A DNA stretch of 64,000 nucleotides from positions 18,880 to 82,879 of the forward strand of contig JACDCC010000225.1 of NCBI GenBank assembly GCA_013694595.1. Reading direction: 5' to 3'. Positions 49,537 through 58,760 of the stretch are shown in pieces. The notes beneath the pieces were generated by a model that searched no databases, was not told the origin of the DNA, and saw only the letters and a list, made by a program, of their open reading frames with translations. This stretch comes from Chthoniobacterales bacterium (GTDB lineage Bacteria > Verrucomicrobiota > Verrucomicrobiia > Chthoniobacterales > UBA10450). The translations under genes and the position numbers were made by a program. Each line of letters begins with the position of its first letter. Position 1 is the first letter of the stretch.

Positions 49537-50955
49537 CTAAGCCGACGCGGTGACTGGTTTCGCGACGGACTTATTCGAGCGCAAGGCGTGGCGGACGAAA
49601 TTCTGCCCGATCTCCCACATTGGCCCGGGGAACTTCCGGCATTCTGTCAGCACATCGTCGAGCGCGGCCACGAACCGATCGATCTCGCGCTCACCAATGA
49701 TCAGCGGCGGCAGAATTTTCACCACGTCCATCGCGTGCCCGGCGACCTGCGTGAGGATGCGATGCTTGCTCAGCATCTGCGTCACCACCATTTGCGCGAA
49801 AAGCACCTTGTCGACTTTGTGCAGGAGCTTCCAACCCATCTTCAGTTTCAACTCCGACGGCTCCTGAAATTCGATCGCAATGATCAAACCCTTGCCGCGC
49901 ACTTCCTTGATGAAGGAATGCTTCGCCCGCAGCGCGTCGATACGCTGCATGAGCAGCTCACCCATGCGCGCGGCGTTCTCGATCAGCTTCTCGTTCTCGA
50001 GCACTTCGAGCGACGCCAGCCCGCATGCCATCGCAAGGTTGTTGCGACCAAACGTAGTCGAGTGAACCACACAACGATCCATCCGGCTGAAGGTCTTCTG
50101 GTAAACGTCCCGCCGCGCGACGATTGCCCCGCACGGCACGTAGCCGCCGCTCAGGCTCTTCGCGAGCGTGATGATATCCGGCTCGAGATTCCAATGCTGA
50201 AAGCCGAACATCTGGCCGGTGCGGCCGAGGCCGGTCTGGATTTCATCCGCGATCAGCAGCGTGCCGTGTTTCCGGCAAAGCTCCTGCGCACGGTTGAAGA
50301 AATCGCCCTTGGGCGACTTGCAGCCTTTGCCCTGCACCGGCTCGATCACGAACGCCGCCACGTCGCGCTTCGCGAGCTCATGCTCAAGCGACGCGATGTC
50401 GTCGAGCGCCACGCGCGTGTCCCAGCCGTCCATGAGCGGTCCGAACCCTTCCGTGAAACTCTCGCACCCCATCAGAGACAACGAGCCGATGCTGAGACCA
50501 TGGAAAGCGCTTTGCAGCGACACCACGCGCTTTCGTCCGGTCGCGGCGCGCGCGAACTTCAACGCCCCTTCCATCGCTTCGGTGCCGGAGTTGCAAAAGA
50601 ACACCGCGTCGAGATGCGGCGGCGTCTGTTTCGTGATCGCCTCCGCCAGTAGACCGCTCAGCAACGAGCAATCCATCTGCACCATGTTCGGCAGGTCCAT
50701 CTCGAGCACGTCGCGGATCGCCTGCTTCACCACCGGGTGATTGCGCCCGATGTTGTAAACGCTGTAGCCGCTCAGGAAATCGAGGTAATCCCGATTGTCC
50801 ATGTCGTAGAGATAAGCGCCTTCCGCCCGCGCGTAGACTTTGTCGAATCCGATCACGCGCTGCGCGGCCACGAGCGTGCGATTCAGATGCCGCTCGTGCA
50901 GTTGGTAGTTCTCGCCGAGCCGCGCGGCGACGATCTCCTTCAGGTCGAAACCCAT
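49537..50955 (-). CDS. Class-III (acetylornithine/GABA/putrescine-type) PLP-dependent aminotransferase
   Basis: DFLSGYSVYNIGRNHP, FFCNSGTEAMEGALKFAR, LLIADEIQTGLGRTG, ITLAKSLSGGYVP (PLP lysine). Start ATG 50955 (MGFDLKE). Confidence 0.85.
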   Translation of the reverse strand: MGFDLKEIVAARLGENYQLHERHLNRTLVAAQRVIGFDKVYARAEGAYLYDMDNRDYLDFLSGYSVYNIGRNHPVVKQAIRDVLEMDLPNMVQMDCSLLSGLLAEAITKQTPPHLDAVFFCNSGTEAMEGALKFARAATGRKRVVSLQSAFHGLSIGSLSLMGCESFTEGFGPLMDGWDTRVALDDIASLEHELAKRDVAAFVIEPVQGKGCKSPKGDFFNRAQELCRKHGTLLIADEIQTGLGRTGQMFGFQHWNLEPDIITLAKSLSGGYVPCGAIVARRDVYQKTFSRMDRCVVHSTTFGRNNLAMACGLASLEVLENEKLIENAARMGELLMQRIDALRAKHSFIKEVRGKGLIIAIEFQEPSELKLKMGWKLLHKVDKVLFAQMVVTQMLSKHRILTQVAGHAMDVVKILPPLIIGEREIDRFVAALDDVLTECRKFPGPMWEIGQNFVRHALRSNKSVAKPVTASA

Positions 50956-51014
50956 ACGCGTGGTGTATCCGATTTGTCTTGGAAACGCAAACCCCCGCCC
51001 GTCCAAATCGCGTG

Positions 51015-51107
51015 GTCATTCCGACCGGCGCGCAGCGGAGTGGAGGAATCCCGTTGTGGAACTTTCAAGGTAACGCCTCGGGATTCCTCGACTTCGCTCA
51101 AGATGAC
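51015..51107. repeat. Palindromic intergenic element, family 3 (copy 2 of 3)
   Basis: GTCATTCCGACCGGCGCGCAGCGGAGTGGAGGAATCCC ... GGGATTCCTCGACTTCGCTCAAGATGAC. It lies in the divergent region between the aminotransferase gene and purL. Confidence 0.85.
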
Positions 51108-51157
51108 AGCTTGAGCCGAGTTGAGCACGGAACTGCATCAGCTACCGTGCGCGACAC

Positions 51158-53452
51158 ATGGCTCTCGTTTCCGATCCGCCGATCACTTCCGATGTCGTCG
51201 CTAAACACGGGCTGACGCCGGAAGAATTCGAGCGCATCAAGAAAATCCTCGGCCGCGAGCCGAACTTCACCGAGCTCGGAATCTTCTCAGTCATGTGGAG
51301 CGAGCATTGCTCGTACAAGAACTCGCGACGTGAGCTGAAGAAATTCCCCACCAGCGGCCCGAACATCCTCGTGAAGGCCGGGGAGGAGAATGCAGGTGTC
51401 GTGGACATCGGCGACGGCTGGGCCGTGGCGTTCAAGATCGAAAGCCACAATCACCCGAGCGCGATCGAGCCATTCCAAGGCGCTGCCACTGGTGTCGGCG
51501 GGATCATTCGCGACATCTTTACGATGGGAGCGCGTCCGGAGTTCTTGCTAAACTCGCTGCGGTTCGGGCCGATTACCGGCGATAGCCCAAATGCACATAC
51601 TAACCGCCGGCTGTTCAAAGGCGTCGTCTCCGGCATCTCACATTACGGCAACTGCATCGGTCTGCCGACAATCGGAGGCGAGATCTATTTCGACGAAAGC
51701 TTCGAAGGCAACCCGCTCGTGAACGTGTTCTGCCTCGGCGTGCTGCGGCATGAGCAACTCGCCCGCGGCGCCGCGAGCGGTGTCGGCAATCCGGTTTTCT
51801 ATGTTGGCGCGGAAACCGGCCGCGACGGTCTGGCTGGTGCGGCCTTCGCGTCGCGTGAGCTCACCGAGGAGTCGCGGGAAGATCGCCCCGCGGTGCAGGT
51901 CGGCGATCCATTCAAAGAGAAGCTGCTGCTCGAAGCGTGTCTGGAATTGCTCGCGACGGATGCTGTTGCTGGCATCCAGGACATGGGCGCAGCGGGCCTG
52001 ACCTGCTCCACGTGCGAGACTGCGAGTCGGGGCGGCACCGGCGTCGAAATTGATCTCGCGAAGGTGCCGAAACGCGAAACGGGCATGACGCCGTACGAAA
52101 CACTCTTGAGCGAGTCACAGGAACGGATGCTGATTATCGCGAAGCGCGGCAAGGAGCAGGTGGTGCGCGACATCTTCGAGAAGTGGGATGTACCCTGCGC
52201 GGAGATCGGTCTCGTCACTGACGACGGCATGATGCGGGTCCGAAACAACGGGACGGTCGCGGCCGAGATTCCCGCCAAGCCCCTCGCCGACGAAGCGCCG
52301 CTCTACGCACGCGAAGCGGAGGCTCCGCCGGCGACTCCGCCGCTCGACCTCACGAGTGTGCCGGAAATGGATAACCAGGACGCGCTCCGGCAGCTGCTCA
52401 GCGATCCCACCATTGCTTCGAAGAATTGGGTCTATCGCCAGTACGACCACATGGTGCGTACGGGAACCGTGGTGCAGCCGGGTTCGGACGCCGCAGTGTT
52501 TCACGTTCGCGCCGCCGACAAATTCCTCGCCGCGACGACCGATTGTAATTCTCTCTATTGTCGACTCGACGCGCGGGAAGGCGGCCGCATCGCCGTGGCG
52601 GAAGCGGCGAGGAATCTCACCTGCTCCGGTGCTGTACCGCTCGCGGTGAGCGACAACCTCAACTTCGGAAACCCATACAAGCCTGGCAACTTCTGGCAGC
52701 TGCGCGAGTGCGTCGAAGGCGTTTCAGAAACCTGCCGCGCCTTCGGCACACCGGTCATCGGCGGCAATGTCTCTCTCTATAATGAGAGCCCCGCAGGCGT
52801 GGTGGATCCCACTCCGACGGTGGCGATGGTCGGCCTCGTTGCCGAAGAGCGCCATATCACCACGCAATTCTTCAAGAACGCCGGCGACGTCATCATTCTC
52901 GTCGGTGAACTCGGTGCTGAACTCGGCGGTTCGCGATTCCTGAAGGTCTGCCACGGACGGAAGGAAGGTCTGCCGCCGCGGCTCGATGTGGAACGTGAGA
53001 TTGCGGTGCAGCAGGCGGTGCGCGCTTTGATCCATGCGGGCTTGTGTCACAACGCACACGATTGCTCGGAAGGCGGCATCGCAGTCGCTCTCGCCGAGTG
53101 CTGCTTCACTCCGGAAGGTCCACTTGGCGCTGAGGTTCAGCTGTCGGCGAACGGAGCTCGTCCGGACGCTGCGTTGTTCGGCGAATCCCAGTCACGCATC
53201 CTTGTGACCGTCGCTCCTGCGGAGAAGGAGGCAGCGATGAAGATGCTGAACGATTCCGGCGTGCCCGCGACGGTGATTGGCGTGGTTGGTGGCGAACGCC
53301 TGCGCATCGCTGGCGCAGGCGCGGCGCTGGAGTGGCGCGCCGCTGATATTTACGACGATTGGTTTTACGCAATTGAGCGGGCGCTCGGCCGACAGCCTCC
53401 GGGCGTCCGGCACCGACGCACTGATCTGGGCACGTGCGGAACCATTGATTGA
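51158..53452 (+). CDS. purL: Phosphoribosylformylglycinamidine synthase subunit PurL (FGAM synthase II)
   Basis: [49 protein letters not shown]. 764 aa. Confidence 0.93.
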   Translation: MALVSDPPITSDVVAKHGLTPEEFERIKKILGREPNFTELGIFSVMWSEHCSYKNSRRELKKFPTSGPNILVKAGEENAGVVDIGDGWAVAFKIESHNHPSAIEPFQGAATGVGGIIRDIFTMGARPEFLLNSLRFGPITGDSPNAHTNRRLFKGVVSGISHYGNCIGLPTIGGEIYFDESFEGNPLVNVFCLGVLRHEQLARGAASGVGNPVFYVGAETGRDGLAGAAFASRELTEESREDRPAVQVGDPFKEKLLLEACLELLATDAVAGIQDMGAAGLTCSTCETASRGGTGVEIDLAKVPKRETGMTPYETLLSESQERMLIIAKRGKEQVVRDIFEKWDVPCAEIGLVTDDGMMRVRNNGTVAAEIPAKPLADEAPLYAREAEAPPATPPLDLTSVPEMDNQDALRQLLSDPTIASKNWVYRQYDHMVRTGTVVQPGSDAAVFHVRAADKFLAATTDCNSLYCRLDAREGGRIAVAEAARNLTCSGAVPLAVSDNLNFGNPYKPGNFWQLRECVEGVSETCRAFGTPVIGGNVSLYNESPAGVVDPTPTVAMVGLVAEERHITTQFFKNAGDVIILVGELGAELGGSRFLKVCHGRKEGLPPRLDVEREIAVQQAVRALIHAGLCHNAHDCSEGGIAVALAECCFTPEGPLGAEVQLSANGARPDAALFGESQSRILVTVAPAEKEAAMKMLNDSGVPATVIGVVGGERLRIAGAGAALEWRAADIYDDWFYAIERALGRQPPGVRHRRTDLGTCGTID

Positions 53453-53484
53453 ACGCCGGAGCGATTGATGGATTGTTGCGCAGG

Positions 53485-54984
53485 ATGATGTCTGCTGAGC
53501 CGCTGATGGAATTCGAACCTGCGGACAAAACGATCTTCCCGCAGCACGAGTGCGGCATTTTCGCGGTCTTCGGGCACCCGAATGCCGCCGTCCTGACCTA
53601 CTACGGGCTCTTCGCGCTCCAACACCGCGGTCAGGAGAGTGCCGGGATTGTCACCAGCAACGGCAACGGCTCCAGCTTCCAAATCCACCGTGACATGGGC
53701 CTCGTTTCGCAGGTTTTTGGCGCCGAGGAACTGGAGACGCTGAAAGGGACACGCGCGGTCGGTCACACGCGCTATTCCACCACTGGGTCCAGCACGTTGA
53801 AGAACGCGCAGCCGTTTGTGGTGGATTGCTTCCGCGGCCAGATCGCGATCGCCCACAATGGGAACCTGATCAACGCCGCCGTCCTGCGCGACGAGCTGGA
53901 GCGGCAGGGCTCGATTTTTCAGACGACGGCTGACAGCGAGATTATTCCGCATCTGCTCGCGCAGCCATTAAAGAACGGTGGCAGTCCGCTCAGCGTGCTG
54001 CGTCGTCTGGAAGGCGCGTTCAGTCTCGCCATCATGAGCGAGCGCGAGATCGTGGCGGTCCGCGATCCATTCGGCTTTCGGCCGCTCGTGCTCGGGAAAC
54101 TCGACGGCGCTTACGTCATTGCTTCCGAGACCTCTGCGTTCGATCTCGTGCATGCTGAGTTCATCCGCGACATCGAGCCGGGCGAGGTGGTGATCATCAA
54201 TGATGAGGGCATCCGATCGGAATGGCCCTTCCGCGATGAATCGCCGGCGTTCTGCATGTTTGAGTACGTCTATTTTTCGCGGCCCGACAGCATCGTCGGC
54301 GGCATCAACGTCGCGAAAGTCCGCACCGAAATGGGCCGTGAACTAGCGCGTCGGCACCCTGTTGAAGCCGACATTGTCGTGCCGGTCCCGGATTCCGGGA
54401 ATTACGCCGCCCTCGGCTTCGCCCAGGAGCTGAAAATCCCTTACGAACACGCTTTCGTTCGCAATCACTACATCGGGCGCACCTTCCTGCAGCCGAGCCA
54501 GCTGATCCGCGATTTCGACGTCCGCGTGAAGCTGAACCTGATCAAGGAGGCCGTGGAAGGAAAACGCGTCGTGGTAGTGGATGACTCGATCGTGCGCGGC
54601 ACAACGGCTCGCGCCCGCGTCGTAAATCTCCGTGAAGCTGGCGCAAAGGAGGTGCACATGCGCGTCAGCTGCCCGCCCCACCGGTTCGCCTGCCACTACG
54701 GCATCGATTTTCCAGATCCCGAAAAGCTGATCGCGAACAAACTCTCGATGCCGCAGATCTGCGACTATCTCGGCGTCGACAGTCTCGGCTACCTGGATGT
54801 CGACGGAATGGTTCGCGCCACCGGCAAACCTGAGAGCCATTTTTGCCTCGCATGTTTCACGGGTAATTATCCCCTCCCCGTTGATCCCGAGCTCGACAAG
54901 TTCATCATGGAGAAGCGCGAGGGTCGCTCCAAGGCGTTGGCTGCCGAAGAAGCGCAACCGACGTTATTTGCCGACCTGCGGTAG
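53485..54984 (+). CDS. purF: Amidophosphoribosyltransferase PurF (with propeptide)
   Basis: HECGIFAVFGH (N-terminal nucleophile Cys), GHTRYSTTG, VVVVDDSIVRGTT PRPP loop. C-terminal Cys residues CPPHRFACHYGIDFP...CLACFTG (Fe-S type). Start ATG 53485 or TTG 53449. Confidence 0.92.
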   Translation: MMSAEPLMEFEPADKTIFPQHECGIFAVFGHPNAAVLTYYGLFALQHRGQESAGIVTSNGNGSSFQIHRDMGLVSQVFGAEELETLKGTRAVGHTRYSTTGSSTLKNAQPFVVDCFRGQIAIAHNGNLINAAVLRDELERQGSIFQTTADSEIIPHLLAQPLKNGGSPLSVLRRLEGAFSLAIMSEREIVAVRDPFGFRPLVLGKLDGAYVIASETSAFDLVHAEFIRDIEPGEVVIINDEGIRSEWPFRDESPAFCMFEYVYFSRPDSIVGGINVAKVRTEMGRELARRHPVEADIVVPVPDSGNYAALGFAQELKIPYEHAFVRNHYIGRTFLQPSQLIRDFDVRVKLNLIKEAVEGKRVVVVDDSIVRGTTARARVVNLREAGAKEVHMRVSCPPHRFACHYGIDFPDPEKLIANKLSMPQICDYLGVDSLGYLDVDGMVRATGKPESHFCLACFTGNYPLPVDPELDKFIMEKREGRSKALAAEEAQPTLFADLR

Positions 54985-55004
54985 CCGCTCGTACCTCCCG
55001 TACT

Positions 55005-55095
55005 GTCATGTCGAGCGAAGCCGAGACACCCCGTGGCATTACCGCACGTATGGCGACGGGATTCCTCGGCTGCGCTGCGCTGCGCTCGGAATGAC
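55005..55095. repeat. Palindromic intergenic element, family 3 (copy 3 of 3, inverted relative to copies 1 and 2)
   Basis: GTCATGTCGAGCGAAGCCGAGACACCCC ... GGGATTCCTCGGCTGCGCTGCGCTGCGCTCGGAATGAC. The terminal GGAATGAC contains the purM ATG (55091). Confidence 0.85.
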
Positions 55096-56107
55096 AAAGA
55101 AAGCTTACGCGTCTGCCGGCGTCGACGTTGACCTCGGCAACTTCGTCAAGAAGCGCATTCAAGCGCGTGTGAAAAGCACTCACGGCCCTGAAGTGCTGGG
55201 CAAGATCGGCGGCTTCGGCGGCTTGTTTGCGCCGGATTTCTCCGGAATGCGCGAGCCGGTGCTCGTCGCCAGCGTTGATGGAGTTGGGACGAAGCTGAAG
55301 ATCGCCTTCGCGATGAAGCGTCACGATACGGTCGGCGCGGACCTCGTGAACCATTGCATCAACGACATCGCGGTGCTCGGCGCGCGTCCGTTGTTCTTCC
55401 TCGACTACATCGGTGCGGAACGACTCGAGCCGCCCGTGTTCGACCAGATCCTGGCTGGATTTACGAAGGCGTGTCGTGCGGCTAGGTGTGCGCTGATCGG
55501 CGGCGAAACCGCGCAAATGCCCGGCATGTATCGCAAAGGCGAATACGACCTGGCGGGCTGCATTGTGGGCGTGGTGGACCGTCAGTCGATGATCGATGGC
55601 ACCCGAATCAAGCCGAACGACGTTGTGCTCGGACTGGCGTCGAACGGATTACATACGAACGGCTATTCGCTCGCCCGCAAGATCCTTTTCGCAAAGATGC
55701 GGCTGAAGCCCGACGCGAAGATGCGCGGCTGTAAGCACTCGTTAGGCGACGAGCTCCTCCGCACCCACAAGAACTACCAGCCGTTGCTCGCGCAGTTCGC
55801 GGCAGATGAAATCAAAGGCCTCGCGCACATCACCGGCGGCGGTTTGGTCGACAATCTCCCACGTGTCCTGCCGAAGGATTGCGATGCGGTGATCGACACT
55901 AACAGCTGGCGGACGCCGCCGATCTTCGAAGTGCTGGAGCACAATGGCGGCGTCGACCGAGAAGAGATGTATCAGGTGTTCAACATGGGCATCGGGATGG
56001 TGGCAATCGTCGCGGAGCAGAATGCCAGCAGGATTGCGAAAGCACTTCGGGCGAAGGTGATCGGACGCGTGGAGCGCGGAAGCGGCACCACGCGCTTGTT
56101 GTTCTAA
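55091..56107 (+). CDS. purM: Phosphoribosylformylglycinamidine cyclo-ligase (AIR synthetase) PurM
   Basis: MTKKAYASAGVDVDLGNFVKKRI, VASVDGVGTKLKIA, DLVNHCINDIAVLGARPLFFLDY. 338 aa from ATG 55091. The track ORF start at 54797 is inside purF and the repeat. Confidence 0.92.
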   Translation: MTKKAYASAGVDVDLGNFVKKRIQARVKSTHGPEVLGKIGGFGGLFAPDFSGMREPVLVASVDGVGTKLKIAFAMKRHDTVGADLVNHCINDIAVLGARPLFFLDYIGAERLEPPVFDQILAGFTKACRAARCALIGGETAQMPGMYRKGEYDLAGCIVGVVDRQSMIDGTRIKPNDVVLGLASNGLHTNGYSLARKILFAKMRLKPDAKMRGCKHSLGDELLRTHKNYQPLLAQFAADEIKGLAHITGGGLVDNLPRVLPKDCDAVIDTNSWRTPPIFEVLEHNGGVDREEMYQVFNMGIGMVAIVAEQNASRIAKALRAKVIGRVERGSGTTRLLF

Positions 56108-56130
56108 ACGGAGGGTTCTAATCTCACGCC

Positions 56131-57026
56131 ATGGAGAAGCGGCAGCTCGGCAAGACGGATATGAACGTTTCGGTGCTTGGCTTCGGTGGCGCCGAGATCG
56201 GCTTCCAAGGCGCCACGCCCGAGACGGTGGAAAAGCTCCTGAACAGCGCTCTCGATGCGGGTTTGAACGTGATCGACACGGCCGAATGCTACGAGGGGAG
56301 CGAGGAGCTGATCGGTAAAGCTGTCGGGCATCGGCGCGAGCAGTTTTACCTGTTCACCAAGTGCGGACACCCACGCGGCGTCGGCAGCGAAGACTGGTCT
56401 TCGGCCTCGATCCTCGAGAGCATTGAACGCAGCCTTCGTCGCCTCCAGACCGATCGGCTGGATCTCGTTCAGTTGCACAGTTGCTCCGAATCCGTGTTGC
56501 AGAAAGGTGAGGCGATCGCCGCGCTGCAGACGGCCCGCGAGCGTGGCTATACCCGCTACATTGGATATAGCGGCGACAGCCGCGCGTCGAAGTTCGCGGT
56601 GGATTCCGGCGCATTCGACACTCTGCAGACGTCGATCAACATCGCCGACCAGGAGCCGATCGAGCTGACCGTACCCCGCGCAGTTGAACGCGAAATGGGC
56701 GTGATCGCGAAACGTCCAATCGCGAATGCCGCCTGGAAGTCCGGGCACAAGCCAATCGATTCGTATCAGCACACCTATTGGGATCGACTGCGGAAGCTGG
56801 ATTACGAATTCATCCGCGGCCGCTCCCTCGATTATTCGATCGCGCAGGCACTGCGTTTTACGCTCAGCGTCCCCGGCGTTCACACCGCGATCGTGGGAAC
56901 GACCAAGCCTGAGCGTTGGCAGGCAAACGCCAGGCTGATCGAAGCAGGCGCCCTGCCGGCGGCAGAATTCCAGGAAATCCGCGAGCGATGGGATGACATC
57001 GCGCCGCGTACCTGGGTCGGTCAGAC

Positions 57027-57030
<4 letters not shown>
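56131..57030 (+). CDS. Aldo/keto reductase
   Basis: LGFGGAEIG...[17 protein letters not shown]...LDLVQLHSC...YIGYSGD. 299 aa. 4-nt overlap with the next AKR gene. Confidence 0.85.
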
Positions 57031-58016
<986 letters not shown>

Positions 58017-58057
58017 GCTAACTGGCCCGCGATCGAGACAGCTAGCTCGCCTGCGAT

Positions 58058-58462
58058 TTACTTGCGGCCGCTGCCGCCGGCTTTCCGCCGTGCTGCCCAA
58101 CGCGCTTTCATCGCGTCGGAAAGCTTCTTCCGTCCTGCTGCGGTGATGCCTCCCTTGCGCGAGGACGACTTCGCTGCGCTCGTTCCACTGCTGCTGCCGC
58201 CGCCGTTGCTGCTTGCGCCAGCGCTGCCGCCGCGCGATGCCCAACGCGTTCTCGCTGCTTCGGCGATCTTCGCACGGGTTGCTGCCGACATTGGCCGCCG
58301 CCGGCCGTCTTGTTTCGTGCCGCTCGCACGTGAAGTAGAGGTCGAGCTTGAGCTTCCACCGCCACCACCGCCGCCGAAGATAGAGTTAAGGCGGGCTTGT
58401 AATGAGTCAATCTGCTCGCGGATAGAAACCGCTTCGCGGAGTTGTTGTAGAGTTAGGTCCAT
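58058..58462 (-). CDS. Small, very basic Gly/Ser-rich protein with an internally duplicated ...R.K(I/L)..A...RWA.R motif
   Basis: 134 aa. N-terminal helix MDLTLQQLREAVSIREQIDSLQARLNSIF, then a G7/S-rich linker. MSAATRAKIAEAARTRWASR and ITAAGRKKLSDAMKARWAARR are a clear duplication. No family recognised. Confidence 0.5.
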   Translation of the reverse strand: MDLTLQQLREAVSIREQIDSLQARLNSIFGGGGGGGSSSSTSTSRASGTKQDGRRRPMSAATRAKIAEAARTRWASRGGSAGASSNGGGSSSGTSAAKSSSRKGGITAAGRKKLSDAMKARWAARRKAGGSGRK

Positions 58463-58584
58463 CGCAGTAGGTAGCGTAAGCTACTCCGAGTGCAACTACC
58501 TCGTTCTCTTAGAAATTCCGGTCGAGCCGCAAAAAACAATCCGCTGGCGGGTTGAAACCGGTGCGTATATTGCGCCTCGACTAC

Positions 58585-58656
58585 GGGCAGTTAGCTCAGC
58601 GGTAGAGCGGCTCGTTTACACCGAGTTGGTCGGGGGTTCGATCCCCTCACTGCCCA
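58585..58656 (+). tRNA. tRNA-Val (anticodon TAC)
   Basis: Hand-folded cloverleaf. Acceptor GGGCAGT/ACTGCCC; D arm GCTC-AGCGGTA-GAGC; anticodon arm GCTCG-TTTACAC-CGAGT (anticodon TAC); variable loop TGGTC; T arm GGGGG-TTCGATC-CCCTC; discriminator A. No encoded CCA. Confidence 0.9.
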
Positions 58657-58760
58657 GTCTCTCATCCTTGTTCCCTCGCGCCAGTGGCAGCTACCATAGC
58701 CTCAGGCGATACCTTTCGCTCCACCCTCGCGGGCGGAGTGTAGCGGACGCCGGCACTTTC

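Noticed and set aside
58552-58571. TTGAAA ... TATATT upstream of tRNA-Val as a sigma-70 promoter.
   Set aside because: The two hexamers are only 8 nt apart, against the expected ~17. TATATT alone, ~13 nt before the tRNA 5' end, is not enough to call a promoter.
58062-58760. The N-terminal ~230 aa of the 926-aa track ORF 58062..60842.
   Set aside because: This part reads through the antisense of the small basic gene and straight through tRNA-Val. The TonB-dependent receptor has a proper signal peptide starting at ATG 58761.
58657-58760. Possible cobalamin or other riboswitch between tRNA-Val and the TonB-dependent receptor.
   Set aside because: The gap is only ~100 nt, too short for a B12 element. 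I could not find a convincing B12 box or another conserved riboswitch core by eye. A covariance-model scan (Infernal/Rfam) would settle it.
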